A DNA stretch of 61,637 bases, the filler included. It is 7 parts of 7 records of this genome, joined end to end, with 100 filler letters (N's around TTAATTAATTAA, not from the genome) between each part and the next. Parts side by side here need not be neighbours in the genome. Positions count along the whole stretch, not along the records: positions 56,591 to 61,637 come from SRR31156797_15541; 6 more parts are not named here. One strand, written 5' to 3'. The notes beneath the pieces were generated by a model. It was not told the origin of the DNA. It was given only the letters and a program-made list of their open reading frames with translations, and searched no databases. The position numbers and the translations under genes are program-made. Shown piece by piece: positions 60,973 to 61,637 of the stretch; position 1 is the stretch's first letter; every line of letters begins with the position of its first letter.

Positions 60973-61637
60973 ATGGAAATGAAAAACATCACCGTACTCG
61001 GGGCAGGCATCATGGGGGCAGGCATTGCCCAATGCGCAGCCCAGGCAGGATTTGATGTCTGTTTAAGGGATGTGGAGGACCGGTTTGTGGAAAACGGACT
61101 CACCACCATAAAATCCAATCTGGACCGTGCCGTGTCCAAGGGAAAACTGGCCGCCGAAGCGGCTGATAAAATCATGGACCGTGTCACGGGCACAACAGAC
61201 CTGACCATGGCGGCCCGGGAGGCAGACCTGGTTATTGAAGCCATCATCGAGGTCATGGACATTAAAAAAGAGGTGTTCCGTGAACTGGATGCCATCTGCA
61301 AAAAAGAGGCCTTGTTTGCCTCCAACACCTCGGGGCTTTCCATCACGGAAATGGCCTCGGCCACAGGCCGTGCCGACAAATTCATCGGCATGCATTTTTT
61401 CAACCCCGTTCCGGTCATGAAGCTGGTGGAGCTGATTCGGGGGTTCACCACCTCGGACCAGACCCTGGGCATTGCCCAGGATTTTGTGGATAAAATCAAT
61501 AAAACCGCCATTGAGGTCAAGGAAGCCCCGGGCTTTGCCGTCAACCGCATCCTCTGCCCCATGATCAACGAAGCCATCTTTGTTCTGGCCGAAGGGATTG
61601 CCTCCCCCGAAGATATCGACAATGCCATGACCCTGGG
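60973..61637 (+). CDS. hbd: 3-hydroxyacyl/3-hydroxybutyryl-CoA dehydrogenase, truncated at the window end (absent from the ORF track)
   Basis: Own translation MEMKNITVLGAGIMGAGIAQ...IEAIIE...SNTSG...GMHFFNPVPVMKLVE...PGFAVNR; GGAGG RBS. Confidence 0.92.
   Translation, partial: MEMKNITVLGAGIMGAGIAQCAAQAGFDVCLRDVEDRFVENGLTTIKSNLDRAVSKGKLAAEAADKIMDRVTGTTDLTMAAREADLVIEAIIEVMDIKKEVFRELDAICKKEALFASNTSGLSITEMASATGRADKFIGMHFFNPVPVMKLVELIRGFTTSDQTLGIAQDFVDKINKTAIEVKEAPGFAVNRILCPMINEAIFVLAEGIASPEDIDNAMTL

Overview
This window is not one locus. It is seven unrelated contigs joined by 100-nt artificial spacers (N44-TTAATTAATTAA-N44). Contigs 1 (1-5639), 3 (28659-35689), 4 (35790-41543) and 5 (41644-51283) are very AT-rich and look like Campylobacterota (Arcobacter-like, by inference). 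They carry two-component systems, a UbiD-type menaquinone decarboxylase, a CheB/CheR-GGDEF/EAL-cobalamin-binding operon, housekeeping genes, and a plasmid/ICE fragment with a MOBV-like relaxase and VirB6. Contigs 2 (5740-28558), 6 (51384-56490) and 7 (56591-61637) are GC-richer and look like Desulfobacterota (inference). They carry ABC transporters, sat, a DEAD-box helicase, GTP-PEPCK, sigma-54 activators with their -24/-12 promoters, an S8 protease and LpoB. The strongest signal is at 5822-7579(-), where two ORFs called separately lie in one reading frame joined by two in-frame TGA codons at the rhodanese active-site loop (FY-U-AGLA-U-VRS). Each TGA is followed by a SECIS-like hairpin, pointing to a double-selenocysteine rhodanese-DsbD-thioredoxin fusion. 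Other highlights are a CarH-motif B12-binding protein co-operonic with CheBR and a c-di-GMP enzyme, a thrice-repeated TTTCGC-NN-GCGAAA palindrome at gene junctions of the mobile element, a sulfur-oxidiser-like Sat, a DUF4395-like protein with a CGAGKCGAGKCG tail, and a small HTH gene with twin palindromic operators. All family assignments come from motif recognition, not database searches.
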